A stretch of 64,000 nt of DNA from Blepharisma stoltei ATCC 30299 (lineage: Eukaryota > Protista > Ciliophora): positions 248,001-312,000 of the forward strand of contig CBFDEM010000050.1 of the NCBI GenBank assembly GCA_965603825.1, given 5' to 3'. Below, piece by piece: positions 52,701 to 62,247 of the stretch (its first letter is position 1; each line of letters opens with the position of its first letter). The notes under the pieces are model-generated. The model saw only the letters and a program-made list of their open reading frames with translations. It made no database searches and was not told the origin of the DNA. The position numbers and the translations under genes were made by a program.

Positions 52701-53197
52701 ATTATCTAACAAATAGTGATGGAAAATATGATTTGAGAATTTGGTTTTATAATTACGGCCATGATAGCTGGTCTGATTGCAAGTATCCAGGCTGGACATC
52801 TCCTATAACTAACCATGAAGTTTGCTACACTAGTGAAGCTGTGCATTATGCACAATGTGGCTGGTTTGTGGGGCTGGTTTGCGGCCAATATGCAAATTTA
52901 CAAATAGTCAGGACAAGAGAAAAAAGTATAATTGATAGAGGATTCTCAAACTGGGTGCTTAACTTTTCACTTGCGTTCGAAACTTTGTTCACGTTGCTAA
53001 TTTGCTATGTCCCTGGGCTAAATGAGGCATTGGGAGGAAGACCTTTGTTAACCTTGCATTATGGATTCCCTGCAGCTCCTGCGTTTATCATTCTTGTGTT
53101 ATATGACGAAATTCGAAAATATTTGTTAAGAAAAGAGATGATAAAAAACAAAGGAAGGGGTATAAAGGGATGGATAGAAGCTAATACATTTTATTAA
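49712..53197 (+). CDS. P-type ATPase, type IIC (Na,K/H,K-ATPase alpha-like), copy B
   Basis: Same motif set as copy A and collinear with it. True start is ATG 49712 (MSQPLRRTSSSF), by alignment to copy A. Confidence 0.95.
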   Translation: MSQPLRRTSSSFIIGFQQLKDQIEIKEHAERIANEENLKKGITKKPKETKGKDKQDDAIKNTEAFRDMVEHKIPLEELSRNLETDLDRGLPEEIARNKLKVFGENKLTEKVGMPWYIHFIKCLTGFFSLLLWAGAILCFITYGISQADPSNLYLAIALVVVVLVTGCFGFYQESKSAAIMAGFKNMIPPKCLAIRDGSQREMESQKLVPGDIVFVKQGNKIPADIRILTANNMKVDNSSLTGESEPLARTDKCTNEKNPLETENLAFFGTMCSSGEAKGVVVNTGDKTVMGRIAKLAFSTENEQTTLGREIEFFVKVISVISLSMGVIFFALGFSFGYDIVTNVINAIGVIVANVPEGLLAEVTVALSLTAKRMSEKNVLVKNLECVETLGSVTCVCSDKTGTLTENKMRVVSIWYDNKIRDVNNYEEKNTGVTLGYNIEDPAFEMMQRCAILNSKAQFSTEPPEEVLTDKKGNPLPQNEIEAAKEKYRTELAQKSIQVWPTFGGDASEIALIKFFHPIQNIVEMRKTYPVLVRDGVKGEIPFNSANKYAVTLHEPADWNPKDHKKDCILFMKGAPEQLWERCSTIYSNGTASPITEDVKAQFAAANKHFGSRGQRVLGFAYMWLDHNEYPKDYVFDPNKKEGPNFPLRGLTFIGLTALMDPPRKGVKEAVISAHEAGVKVIMVTGDQPLTAAAIARQVHIITQAKTVNDYVEEGMDWEKALELSDAIVIHGDMLTKAHAEDAELPFNEQRIAKWLSKKEIVFARTSPAQKYLIVDANQKLKQIVAVTGDGVNDSPAIKKADIGIAMGIVGSDAAKDAADMLLIDDNFASIIQGIEQGRVIFDNLKRTIAYVLASNIPEIIPFLAAVIFQLPLPLTTILMLCVCIGTDVVPAVALAYEEPELDIMKRKPRNAETDHLMSFQLLFFAYMQIGEILTLGGMMEYLVILYDFGFKPQVLWFFYIADSGCRPDEHDIYDPDIHSKGNSHIGDDSYCGDTVNYLTNSDGKYDLRIWFYNYGHDSWSDCKYPGWTSPITNHEVCYTSEAVHYAQCGWFVGLVCGQYANLQIVRTREKSIIDRGFSNWVLNFSLAFETLFTLLICYVPGLNEALGGRPLLTLHYGFPAAPAFIILVLYDEIRKYLLRKEMIKNKGRGIKGWIEANTFY

Positions 53198-53326
53198 GTT
53201 AAGAATTTTATATATCATTCCTAGAACTTAAATATAATAATGTTGATGGCATTATTCAATTTTCTGAGATTAAAACTCTAATTTAAATTTTAGAAATATA
53301 TATAAATATTTGGGGCTTTAAAGAAT

Positions 53327-53545
53327 ATGGAAGACAAAATGCTAAATGGTTCAACTGAAGAGATGGAGGAAAAATTAATTTTTTTTAAATCACTAAAACC
53401 ACGTATGGATGAAATAAATCTCCCTGAAGCTTATCAGCATCTTAGCTCAGAGATTTTAGATAAAATAATTGAAGAAGGGGAAAATATAATATGCAACCTA
53501 GATGAGCAGATTATTGAAAATCGTTTAAATAAAATGTCTTTATAA
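53327..53545 (+). CDS. Small acidic hypothetical protein (72 aa)
   Basis: ATG-TAA ORF with coding-like composition and AT-rich upstream flank; no recognisable domain. Confidence 0.5.
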   Translation: MEDKMLNGSTEEMEEKLIFFKSLKPRMDEINLPEAYQHLSSEILDKIIEEGENIICNLDEQIIENRLNKMSL

Positions 53546-55069
53546 TTATACCTTTATCTTTTGTAAAAACACTTTAGGCCAGTTTCTTTTATCTATTTTA
53601 TATAAGTCATTTACTTTTTCATTTACACCTAAACTTCGGCTTTTCCCTTCTTTTTCTTTAACTTTTAATACATATTCATCTTTATTTATCTTCATGGTTT
53701 CACACAATGAATTTAAAATATCTTCAATCTTACTTTCGGAATAATATTTCACATAGTAATAATTAGAATAAGCGGGATAGCCCTGAGGAATGTAAATTTT
53801 TAGCCTGTTTAAACTCGGATTAAGTTTGAAATGGTCAGAGTCTTCAGTAAAAAGCGTAGAAATTGATATTAGAGATTCAGATTCTTCAAATGTTGACAAA
53901 ATGTCAGAGTTTGATCTTGATGTCGCTTCAGTAGCAAGCTCGACACTTGGCTTTCTGGAAATATGGATACTTTTGTCTGCTATCGATTTTTCAATTTTAC
54001 TGATTCTTTGGGCCATTTCTAAGTTCTTTTTGGCCAATTCCTCATAGTTTTTATCTTTTTTGGATTTATCAGTTGATTGTCCCCTTCTTCTTAACGAGCA
54101 TCTATGTGACCCACAAGGTAAATTAAAATTTTTCTTTTCGTCTTGAATTGGGATTTCATCACTCATTAGCTCTTTATGCGAATTTTCTGTTCTTAAAGTC
54201 AAAGCATCACTTGTTTTGCTTATTTCAGACAAATTTATATCGTTTAACAATTTATTTTCCTTAGGCAATTCTACATCCCTAGGCTTAATATGCAAGTCAA
54301 AGCTAGGAGTATCTAAATGTGTCCATTCAGGCGATAAATCACATTCAGGGGCCCAAACCTTCAAAGTTTCTTCACTTTCTCTATAAATTTTATCGAAGTG
54401 GTCCATAAATCTTTGTTTTGGCTCAGCCCGCAATTTTAATTCTATCGTTGAAATGGTGTTTTTAATTTGACATAAAACACATTCCAATTCCTGGTCTTTT
54501 ATTTTAATTTTAAGCTCTTTTTCTTTATGGTTGATACAGAGTTGGTTAAATGACAAATCATATTGCTCGTCAATTTGAGCGACATATGCATTTCTTTTAC
54601 TTTGCAGCTCAGCAACGCCAAGTTTTAAATTATTTTGAAGCTGCTCTTTAATGGAATTGATATAGAGTTTGATACCTATATGACGGTCTCTCACTAAATA
54701 TAACTGTTCCAATTGAGATTTTATTGAGTCTACTTTTCGGTTGTAGGTAGAATTTGATTCCTCATCAAAAGAGTCGAAAGCTTGTGCTTGCTTGGAAGGA
54801 ATTAAAGGAGAAGGTGAAAGACGAGTATAAGAAATAGGAGAACTTGCTCTTGTTCCATCATCAACTTTAAAGTTTTGTGGGATATTGAAAGGCTTGGGGA
54901 GGTAATTATTCTTTTCATGATTGTGGATAACATTTGTGGAAATTTCTTTAAGTGGAAATGGGCAAGGTTCTGCGATATCTTTATCAAAATGGGTTGTAAT
55001 TAGCTTCTTTGGAGGAAAAGGCTCTTCTGAGTCCCAAGGAATTTTTGCTTCTCGACCTAAAGTATACAT
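53546..55069 (-). CDS. Hypothetical protein (507 aa): coiled coil plus possible C-terminal ubiquitin-like/beta-grasp domain
   Basis: Uninterrupted ORF; C-terminal LKIYIP..YYVKY..SKIEDILNSLCETMKINKDEYVLKV has a beta-grasp-like pattern. Confidence 0.78.
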   Translation of the reverse strand: MYTLGREAKIPWDSEEPFPPKKLITTHFDKDIAEPCPFPLKEISTNVIHNHEKNNYLPKPFNIPQNFKVDDGTRASSPISYTRLSPSPLIPSKQAQAFDSFDEESNSTYNRKVDSIKSQLEQLYLVRDRHIGIKLYINSIKEQLQNNLKLGVAELQSKRNAYVAQIDEQYDLSFNQLCINHKEKELKIKIKDQELECVLCQIKNTISTIELKLRAEPKQRFMDHFDKIYRESEETLKVWAPECDLSPEWTHLDTPSFDLHIKPRDVELPKENKLLNDINLSEISKTSDALTLRTENSHKELMSDEIPIQDEKKNFNLPCGSHRCSLRRRGQSTDKSKKDKNYEELAKKNLEMAQRISKIEKSIADKSIHISRKPSVELATEATSRSNSDILSTFEESESLISISTLFTEDSDHFKLNPSLNRLKIYIPQGYPAYSNYYYVKYYSESKIEDILNSLCETMKINKDEYVLKVKEKEGKSRSLGVNEKVNDLYKIDKRNWPKVFLQKIKV

Positions 55070-55232
55070 TTGAATTATGAAAATTTAAAAATGTTCGAAT
55101 TAAATAATTTTTGCTGTTAATTTAATGCTCTACCGCCTATTAATTAACTCAATGTTTGAGCCTTTGATTAATATTTTCATTATGAAGATTTTGGGATTAT
55201 TTTATTAAAACTTTCCAAAGTCATTGTTTTTA

Positions 55233-55952
55233 ATGTCTGAAGAAGGATATTCTCCTGTCCGTGAAGATATAGCAAATCTAACCTGGCATAAAATGACACC
55301 TGAGGAGCTCTCAAAAAATCTCCAGAGCGACTTAAATGAAGGGCTTACTCAAGAAAAGGCACAACAAAAGCTAAAAAGTACAGGTAGAAACTGCTTATAT
55401 GAAGACCAGTCTGCTTTTTATAAAATTCTAAAGCATTTGTTTTCTCGTATCACAGTTCCTCTATATATACTAGCTTTCTTATTCTACCTTGCTTATAGGG
55501 AAGGGTTGATCAATTCTTTTTTATATCGCTCATTGCCATTAATCGCATTTGTTATTTCGGTCATCACTATAATAAAGAGTGAAAATGCAGCAAAAGAGAT
55601 AAAGCTTGTAGAGAACCAAATACCTCAAAAATGTACAGTCATAAGAGAAAAAAAGGAAATGATAATTTCAAGATATGAAATAGTTCCAGGAGACATTATT
55701 TTAGTGAAAATAGGAGAAACTGTTCCAGCAGATATTAGAATTTTATCTGCAAATGACTGCAAAATCAATATTCAATGCTTAACAGACTCTGAAACAATTT
55801 TAGAGAGATCAGAAAAGTGCACAAGCCAAGAGTTTCTTCAATCACAAAATATCTCATACTTTGGATCACTTTGCGTTCAAGGGGAATGCAAAGGAGTTGC
55901 CATTACCACAGGACAAAAAACTTTATTATCAAGACTAGTACACTCTAAATAA
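55233..55952 (+). CDS. Truncated P2C ATPase paralog: N-domain + TM1-2 + actuator domain only (239 aa); possibly a pseudogene
   Basis: WHKMTPEEL, GLTQEKA, IPQKCTVIRE, IVPGDII..GETVPADIRIL, GECKGVAITTG; TGES degenerate (LTDSE); TAA right after the A domain. Confidence 0.75.
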   Translation: MSEEGYSPVREDIANLTWHKMTPEELSKNLQSDLNEGLTQEKAQQKLKSTGRNCLYEDQSAFYKILKHLFSRITVPLYILAFLFYLAYREGLINSFLYRSLPLIAFVISVITIIKSENAAKEIKLVENQIPQKCTVIREKKEMIISRYEIVPGDIILVKIGETVPADIRILSANDCKINIQCLTDSETILERSEKCTSQEFLQSQNISYFGSLCVQGECKGVAITTGQKTLLSRLVHSK

Positions 55953-56126
55953 ATTTATGAAGAGATTTAATATAATTTTTATAAAACGTTAATATTATTA
56001 TTTTGGATTTATATTAAACGTATTTAATAGTAAAACATGCTTTGAGAAGCAGCCAAGAGTTTAATATGTCATATCTATTATTATAATGGCCCAAAATTTT
56101 CGTTTAATAATCAGGAGTTATAAACA

Positions 56127-59100
56127 ATGTCAAAAATTGATTCTAATTATGAGCGATCTGATGAGGGAACTTCGGGCCTCGGACCCTTAAAGTGGCACTT
56201 GTTATCTCTAGATGAATTAGAATCTCGATTAGAAACTAATCTCACTAATGGCTTAACAGACACTAGGGCTGAGCTAGTGCTAAAAATATACGGGGAAAAT
56301 TTTTCGGGTGAGACTGGAGAGCCTCCAAAAGCATGAAAAATATTTTTTGGTCAACTAAGAACTTTTCCTTTTTTACTCTTATTTACTTTCTCATTATGAT
56401 GTATTATCTTTTACATTATAGACAAAAATGATTCCATTGATCTATATCTTGGAACATCAGTTTTGTGTGCTTTGATAATATGGAGTCTCGATAAATACTA
56501 TCTGGAAGTTAAAGATTATAAAAATTTTTTGGCTCATCAAAGATTGCTTTTGTCAAGATGTATTGTTAAAAGAGAAGGAGCGATGAAATTAATAGATTCT
56601 GTTTACCTCGTGCCTGGAGATATTGTACTTTTTCATCAAGGTGAAAAAATACCTGCCGATATAAGAATTTTAGAGGCAAATAATTTGACAATTGATGAAT
56701 CAGTTTTAACTGGAGAAGGAATGCCTGTTGGAAAAACTAGCAATGAATCAAAGATAGATTCTATGTTTGAGGCCCAAAATATAGTATTTGCGCAGACTTA
56801 CTGTCTTAGTGGGAGTGGAAAAGGTGTAGTTGTTGAAACAGGATTAAATACAGCATTTAGCAGGATTGTTATGATGTCAGCCGAAGCACCTTCCCCGATT
56901 GCTGAGGGCATTTCTTATAAAAAATGTCATAAATGATTGATTATTATACTCATTTTTCCAATAGCGTTCAGATTATTGGGGTTTTTATTAGGATTCAGGT
57001 TTAATTTTACATTGCTTGGTTTTATTTTTGCAATTGATTTAACAATAGTTGGCATTATTCCTCACCAGCCAATAAAGGAAATAGCAACTTATTTTACATC
57101 AAAAGTGCTTGTAAAGAAAAATGTTTTAACAAAACAACCTGAAAGGATAAGAAATTTTGGAGAAAATCCTATTATCATTATAGATAAAACAGGAGTAATC
57201 ACAGAAAATAGATTAAAAATCGTTCAGTTTTGGGATAATTATGAATTTAAAAGCCCAGAAAATATTTTAATAGATCACACTTCCAATAAAACTCTGTCAT
57301 TTGCTATGACAATGCGTTCAGCAATTCTTATCAATGATGCAAAATTTGACCATGATCCTCAATCTTCAGATGAAATATATTCGAAACCAATAATCGAATG
57401 GGCTGCTAAAGGCTCTCCACCAGATATTGCCATGATAAAATTTTTCCAAGAACTCGAGAATATTGAGGATTTTAGAGACGCTCACAAACCTATAGCAATA
57501 GAAGGGAGTGAATTTAAAATACCTTTCAGGTCTTCCTACAAATACGCAACTGCAGTTTATAATGGATACGAATTTGGATTTGAGGATATTTCTCAAAAGT
57601 ACATTGCCTTCTATAAAGGTGCTGTAGAAGTTCTATTAGAAATGTCAACCAAGATTGCATGCGAAGATCATGAGCTAGAATGCAAAAATAATTCAAAAGA
57701 AAAAATAACTCAAGCTTGCAAAGACTGCAGCAAAAAAGGGTTGAGAGTAATTGCATGCGCTTATAAATGGTTAAGAGAATCTGATATCCCTAAAGATTTT
57801 CAACCTAACCCTGAAAGCGTGCCAGAGTTTTTGAAAGAGGGTTTAGTTTTTGCAGGATTAATTGTATTGAGTGATCCTCCTAAAAAAAATGTTAAAGAAT
57901 CTATATTAAGCCTAAGGAGCCTCCACATGAAGTGTATTATGGCCACCGGCGATATGCTTCTCTTGGCCTCAGATGTTTCAAAGCAAACTTGCATTATTAG
58001 TAACCCAAAAATAACAAGTGATTTTGAAGAGGAAAACATAAACTTCTATGAATCTCTTGAATTAACAGATTCTGTGATTGTTAATGGGAATTTAATAAAT
58101 GAATTGAGGAACCTTATACCTAATGATGAAGTAGCCAAAGAAAAACTATATAAGATATTGAACAAAAAAGAAATTGTGTTTGGAAGAATGACACCTGAAA
58201 TGAAACTTTTAATCGTAGAAAAATATCAAGAAATGGGGGAAAAAGTAATTTTCGTAGGAGATGGAATGAATGATCTACCTGCAATGAAAAGATCTGATGT
58301 AAGTATTTCTATGAAAAAAACTGGTTGCTCAACTGTTCTGGATAATTGTGATGTCATCCTATTGGATGATAATTTTAGCTCAATTTCTGATGCGTTTAAG
58401 ATTTTCGAAGCCGTTTTTGATAATCTTAAAAAATCGGCTCAACATATATTAGCATCAAACCTACCAGAGCTAATTCCCTTCTTTATTTTCGTTTTTTTGG
58501 AGCTGCCATCAGCATTTACAGTTATATTGATATTTTTGATTGATTTTGGAATAGATATTACTCCATCCATTGCTATGAACTATAATTTTAATCTTGATAT
58601 TAATAGTCGCAAGCCAAAAGATTTAATTGAAACGCAGTTGAAGCATAACAAATCTCGATTTTTTTCAATTGTCCAGCCAGGATTACGAGAAGCTTTGGCT
58701 GGGTTTATGGCTTATTTTATTGTTATGGAAAATTTTGGCTTCAACTATCAAACTTTATGACTTATGAATAATTCAAAATCAGGAACAATGCCAGGCATAA
58801 ATGATATTTATGACCCAAATATTCAGACTAAAGGAAATAGTCACTATGGATTAGCTGAATATGAAAATATCTTATTCGATTATACAGCCAAAGCATACGA
58901 TTCATATGATTTAAGAGTTTGGTTCCATGAGTTATCTCCAGAAACGTGGTCATCTTGTTATTTCCCTGAACTTGATTCTCCATTTACTGAAGAAATTATT
59001 TGCTATTCTGGAGAGGCTTTATATTACGCACAACATGCGTGATTTGTTTCAGTTATAATTGCAAAATTATTGAACTTTTTGATACCTAAAGCTATTAACC

Positions 59101-59420
59101 TTGGGCATCACTATCATAGATTAAGCAAAAAGGTGGCTTTTTGGAGCATTTTACTTGGTGTAATGCTCTCATTATCGTTATGCTATGTCCCGATTACAAG
59201 CGAGCTTCTATATGGAAGGCCGCTTCCTCTATTGCAATTTGGATTTCCAGCTCTTCCTTCATTTTTACTGTTGCTTGAGATTGATGATATAAGAGCATTG
59301 ATCATATCCAAGAATTTATTAGACATAACTATCCTTATTAATTCAGTATTAAAAGTTAACTTATTTTATAACATAAAATATGGAAAGACTTATGATCTTG
59401 AAAAGACACCTAAGTCCTAA
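56127..59420 (+). CDS. Highly divergent full-length P2C-derived ATPase paralog (~1097 aa), copy C
   Basis: Five ORF pieces in one frame joined by 5 TGA; LTGE, DKTGVIT, KGAVE, DPPK, TGD, FGRMTP, GDGMND, SNLPE; shares the KGNSH..YDLRVWF extracellular loop with copies A and B. Confidence 0.85.
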
Positions 59421-60441
59421 AATATCATTTGAAGATTTCCCATGCACTCGCATTTTGACTCTAAATAGTCCAGAAAGCTCAAACTCATTAGATTATGACA
59501 TGCTTCAAACTCTATCTTTACTGATTGATCAAGTCCCAAATAAAAATCTTATTTTTCAAGGCTGCGATTCAAATTGTTTTTCGTCTGGAAGAGATGATAA
59601 GGCTATTATTGAAAACCAAGCAATGGTTTCTGAGTTCTACAGAACTGAGCTTTGCACTATTTATCAAATCTATAAGCAGCCTACCGAAACTCTTGCAATT
59701 TTAAGAGGGTTATCAATTAGTGCAGGAAATGGCATAGCGATGGCTTGCAAATATAGAATAAGCACAGAAACTACTCGATTTTCAATGCCAGAAAATTCGA
59801 TCGGCAAAGTCCCTTGTGCAGGAGCTTCTTATTTTCTCACACACTTGCACAATAAGCCATTAGGATTATTTCTAATGCTTTCGGGAAAAGAATTAGACGG
59901 GAATGATTTATTTTGGGGTGGAATTTCAACACACTATGTCCCAGAATCTCAAATTACAAACCTTCTTAATGACCTAAAACTCTCGAATAGTCTTATTGAA
60001 GTTTTAGACAAATATCATCAATTTCCACCTAGAGAACAATCAAATCTTATAAGAAATTTATACGAAATAGAGCAAGTTTTTGGAGAAGTTAACACAGTTG
60101 AAGAAATTTTGATGAAATTATGTGCAAAGCCTACACCTTTTAAAGAAATGGTACTTCTTAATATCTGCAAAAACTGCCCACTTTCTGTGAAGGTTGCATT
60201 CAAATCATTTAAGCTTGGGTTGGATATGAATTATAAAGAAGCGTTGGAGCATGATTATAATATAGAAGTACAGCTCGGATACAGGAGAAGCTATAACTAT
60301 AAGACAGCTGTTACTAAGAAGCTAATAGAAAAAGGAGAGGATGAAATTAAATGATACCCAGACCATGTCAATCAAGTCACTGACAAAATGGTTGATATCA
60401 TCATCAGAAACCCTGAAGGTCCTTTTCTGGAATTACGATAA
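59380..60441 (+). CDS. 3-hydroxyisobutyryl-CoA hydrolase-like (crotonase fold) protein with N-terminal PTS2
   Basis: LTLNSP..NSL, TETTRFSMPENSIG..GASYFL, GISTHYVP, CPLSVKV, IK-W-YP; ends in TAA at 60441; RL-x5-HL at the N-terminus. Confidence 0.85.
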
Positions 60442-60570
60442 ATTAATTTAAATTACTAAAATATTCATAAAAGATACCCAAAACTTATATTTCTAACAAA
60501 ACAATATTAAAAAGATCATTAATCCTATATAAGTAGAAAGAGTTGTAAAGCTAAATAAAAATTAATTCTT

Positions 60571-60849
60571 TTACGATCTTGTCATTGTTTGAATGATTTC
60601 TTTGTTCTCTGGAGTTACTGCAGGGCGTACAAAATGATTGTCACATCGTGGACAGTACTCATCAGATTCATCGAAATCTTCAGCGCTCTTTCGAAATACT
60701 TTGCGGCATTTTTTGCAGCCAAATACAAGTTCAGTGGTTTTGACTAAAGGATGATCAGCAGCTTCAGAGTGGCATTCTGGGCAATCAAACCATTGCTTGC
60801 AGCATGGAGCTCTCACTTGTACTTGGGCATTCAGTATATGCTTGCACAT
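60571..60849 (-). CDS. CHY-type zinc finger protein (92 aa)
   Basis: MCKHILNAQV..RAPCCKQWFDCPECH..CKKC..YCPRCDNHF. Confidence 0.9.
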   Translation of the reverse strand: MCKHILNAQVQVRAPCCKQWFDCPECHSEAADHPLVKTTELVFGCKKCRKVFRKSAEDFDESDEYCPRCDNHFVRPAVTPENKEIIQTMTRS

Positions 60850-60879
60850 TTATATATTTATTAGATTAAGACAGTTTTA

Positions 60880-62232
60880 TTATTTTTTAAGAGTATGCTC
60901 AAAATTGGGATGAGGCTTTCGGAAGCACACGTCGCAGCGATCTTTTAAATTTTTGGATGATGGGGTGCTTGGATTATTTCTAAAATTTTTTGGAGTAGAA
61001 TATTGACTTCCGCCGAACTCTTTTCGAGGCTCTTGAGCAAGGTCAAAGATATCAATCTTTAAAGAGTCAGCGGAGTTCTCGTTAAAAAATTTTCTCTCAC
61101 TGCGGCTGGAAATAATTAATTTGTGTTTTGGAGGCTTTTCTCCTGAACTTAGCTTATTTTCAATTTGATTTACAATATCTGCGTTATGGGCGATTTGGTC
61201 TTGAATGATTCTTTTAAGGTCTCGCTTTTCTTTGAAGATTTGAATTGATTTCTCTTTATTGCTTTTATTTACTGCGTTTTCAATAAGTTGGTTATTTGCT
61301 TTTAAGTTTTCTTCTAAGTCTATGCATCTTTTTTGTAGCCTTAAGTTTTCTTCTCTTACAGGATCATCAAATTTTATTTCTCCTAATAAAAGTTTATTTT
61401 GGAACTTTATTTCTTCTATCTCTTTATTCAATTTTTTGAAGTATTTTTGGTACTCTAGTTGAAGATTTTTAATGTAATCTTTGGCTTCTTTAAGCTCATT
61501 TTGATAATTTTCAAAATCATTAGTTGAGTTTGCTTTACTTTTTAATTCTTCTAATGATTGAAGAGCTTGAAACTTTTGTTCCCTTTCTAGCTCCAGCATT
61601 TTGCTTATTTTCATAAGTTCTTGTGAATGCTTTTTTCTTTCTTTTTCTAATATTTTATAAATTTCATGTATTTGGAGATCATTCGAAGTATTTGATGATT
61701 GTAGCCTTGCTTCTAATTCTGCTATTGTGAAATCGCATTGTGATAAATCTTTTTTCAGTCTATCTATGATTTCGTCTTTTTCTGATAAAGCAGTTTTAAA
61801 TTTTTCAGCTTCTCCTCTGTATATCTCTCTTTCCGCTAAAATTTCCCTACTCAGGATCTCTATTTCTTCTGTAAGCTTTTCAATTTTCTCTGTATTTTTT
61901 AAATTATTTTCTTTAATTTCTTGGTATTTTAGTTCTACATCTTGGCGCGCGTTTTCTTCTTGATGAAGCTTATTAGTCAAAGATTGGATTGTTAGTAGAT
62001 TTTCTTCATCTGCTTTCGGACTTTCACCTTTTGTACTTAGAACTTCTGGCTCCATATCCAATTCATTTTCTGAAATCTGCAAAAATGACGAAGATTTTTC
62101 AGAGTATCTCTGCTCTGGGACTATATCTGGACGTTTAAACAGTTCTTTATGTGCCAGGTGTTCTCTAATTCTTTGCTCCAACAATTGTTTTTTTGCCTTA
62201 TTTTTTTGAGTTATTTGATCGTTTGCTTTCAT
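60880..62232 (-). CDS. Coiled-coil protein (450 aa)
   Basis: Uninterrupted E/K/L-rich heptad ORF with a C-terminal CDVC..H..H motif. Confidence 0.8.
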   Translation of the reverse strand: MKANDQITQKNKAKKQLLEQRIREHLAHKELFKRPDIVPEQRYSEKSSSFLQISENELDMEPEVLSTKGESPKADEENLLTIQSLTNKLHQEENARQDVELKYQEIKENNLKNTEKIEKLTEEIEILSREILAEREIYRGEAEKFKTALSEKDEIIDRLKKDLSQCDFTIAELEARLQSSNTSNDLQIHEIYKILEKERKKHSQELMKISKMLELEREQKFQALQSLEELKSKANSTNDFENYQNELKEAKDYIKNLQLEYQKYFKKLNKEIEEIKFQNKLLLGEIKFDDPVREENLRLQKRCIDLEENLKANNQLIENAVNKSNKEKSIQIFKEKRDLKRIIQDQIAHNADIVNQIENKLSSGEKPPKHKLIISSRSERKFFNENSADSLKIDIFDLAQEPRKEFGGSQYSTPKNFRNNPSTPSSKNLKDRCDVCFRKPHPNFEHTLKK

Positions 62233-62247
62233 ATTTAAGAATTATTA

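Noticed and set aside
62233-62247. 15-nt gap between the coiled-coil genes as an intron fusing them
   Set aside because: No GT..AG of suitable length spans the three TAA codons
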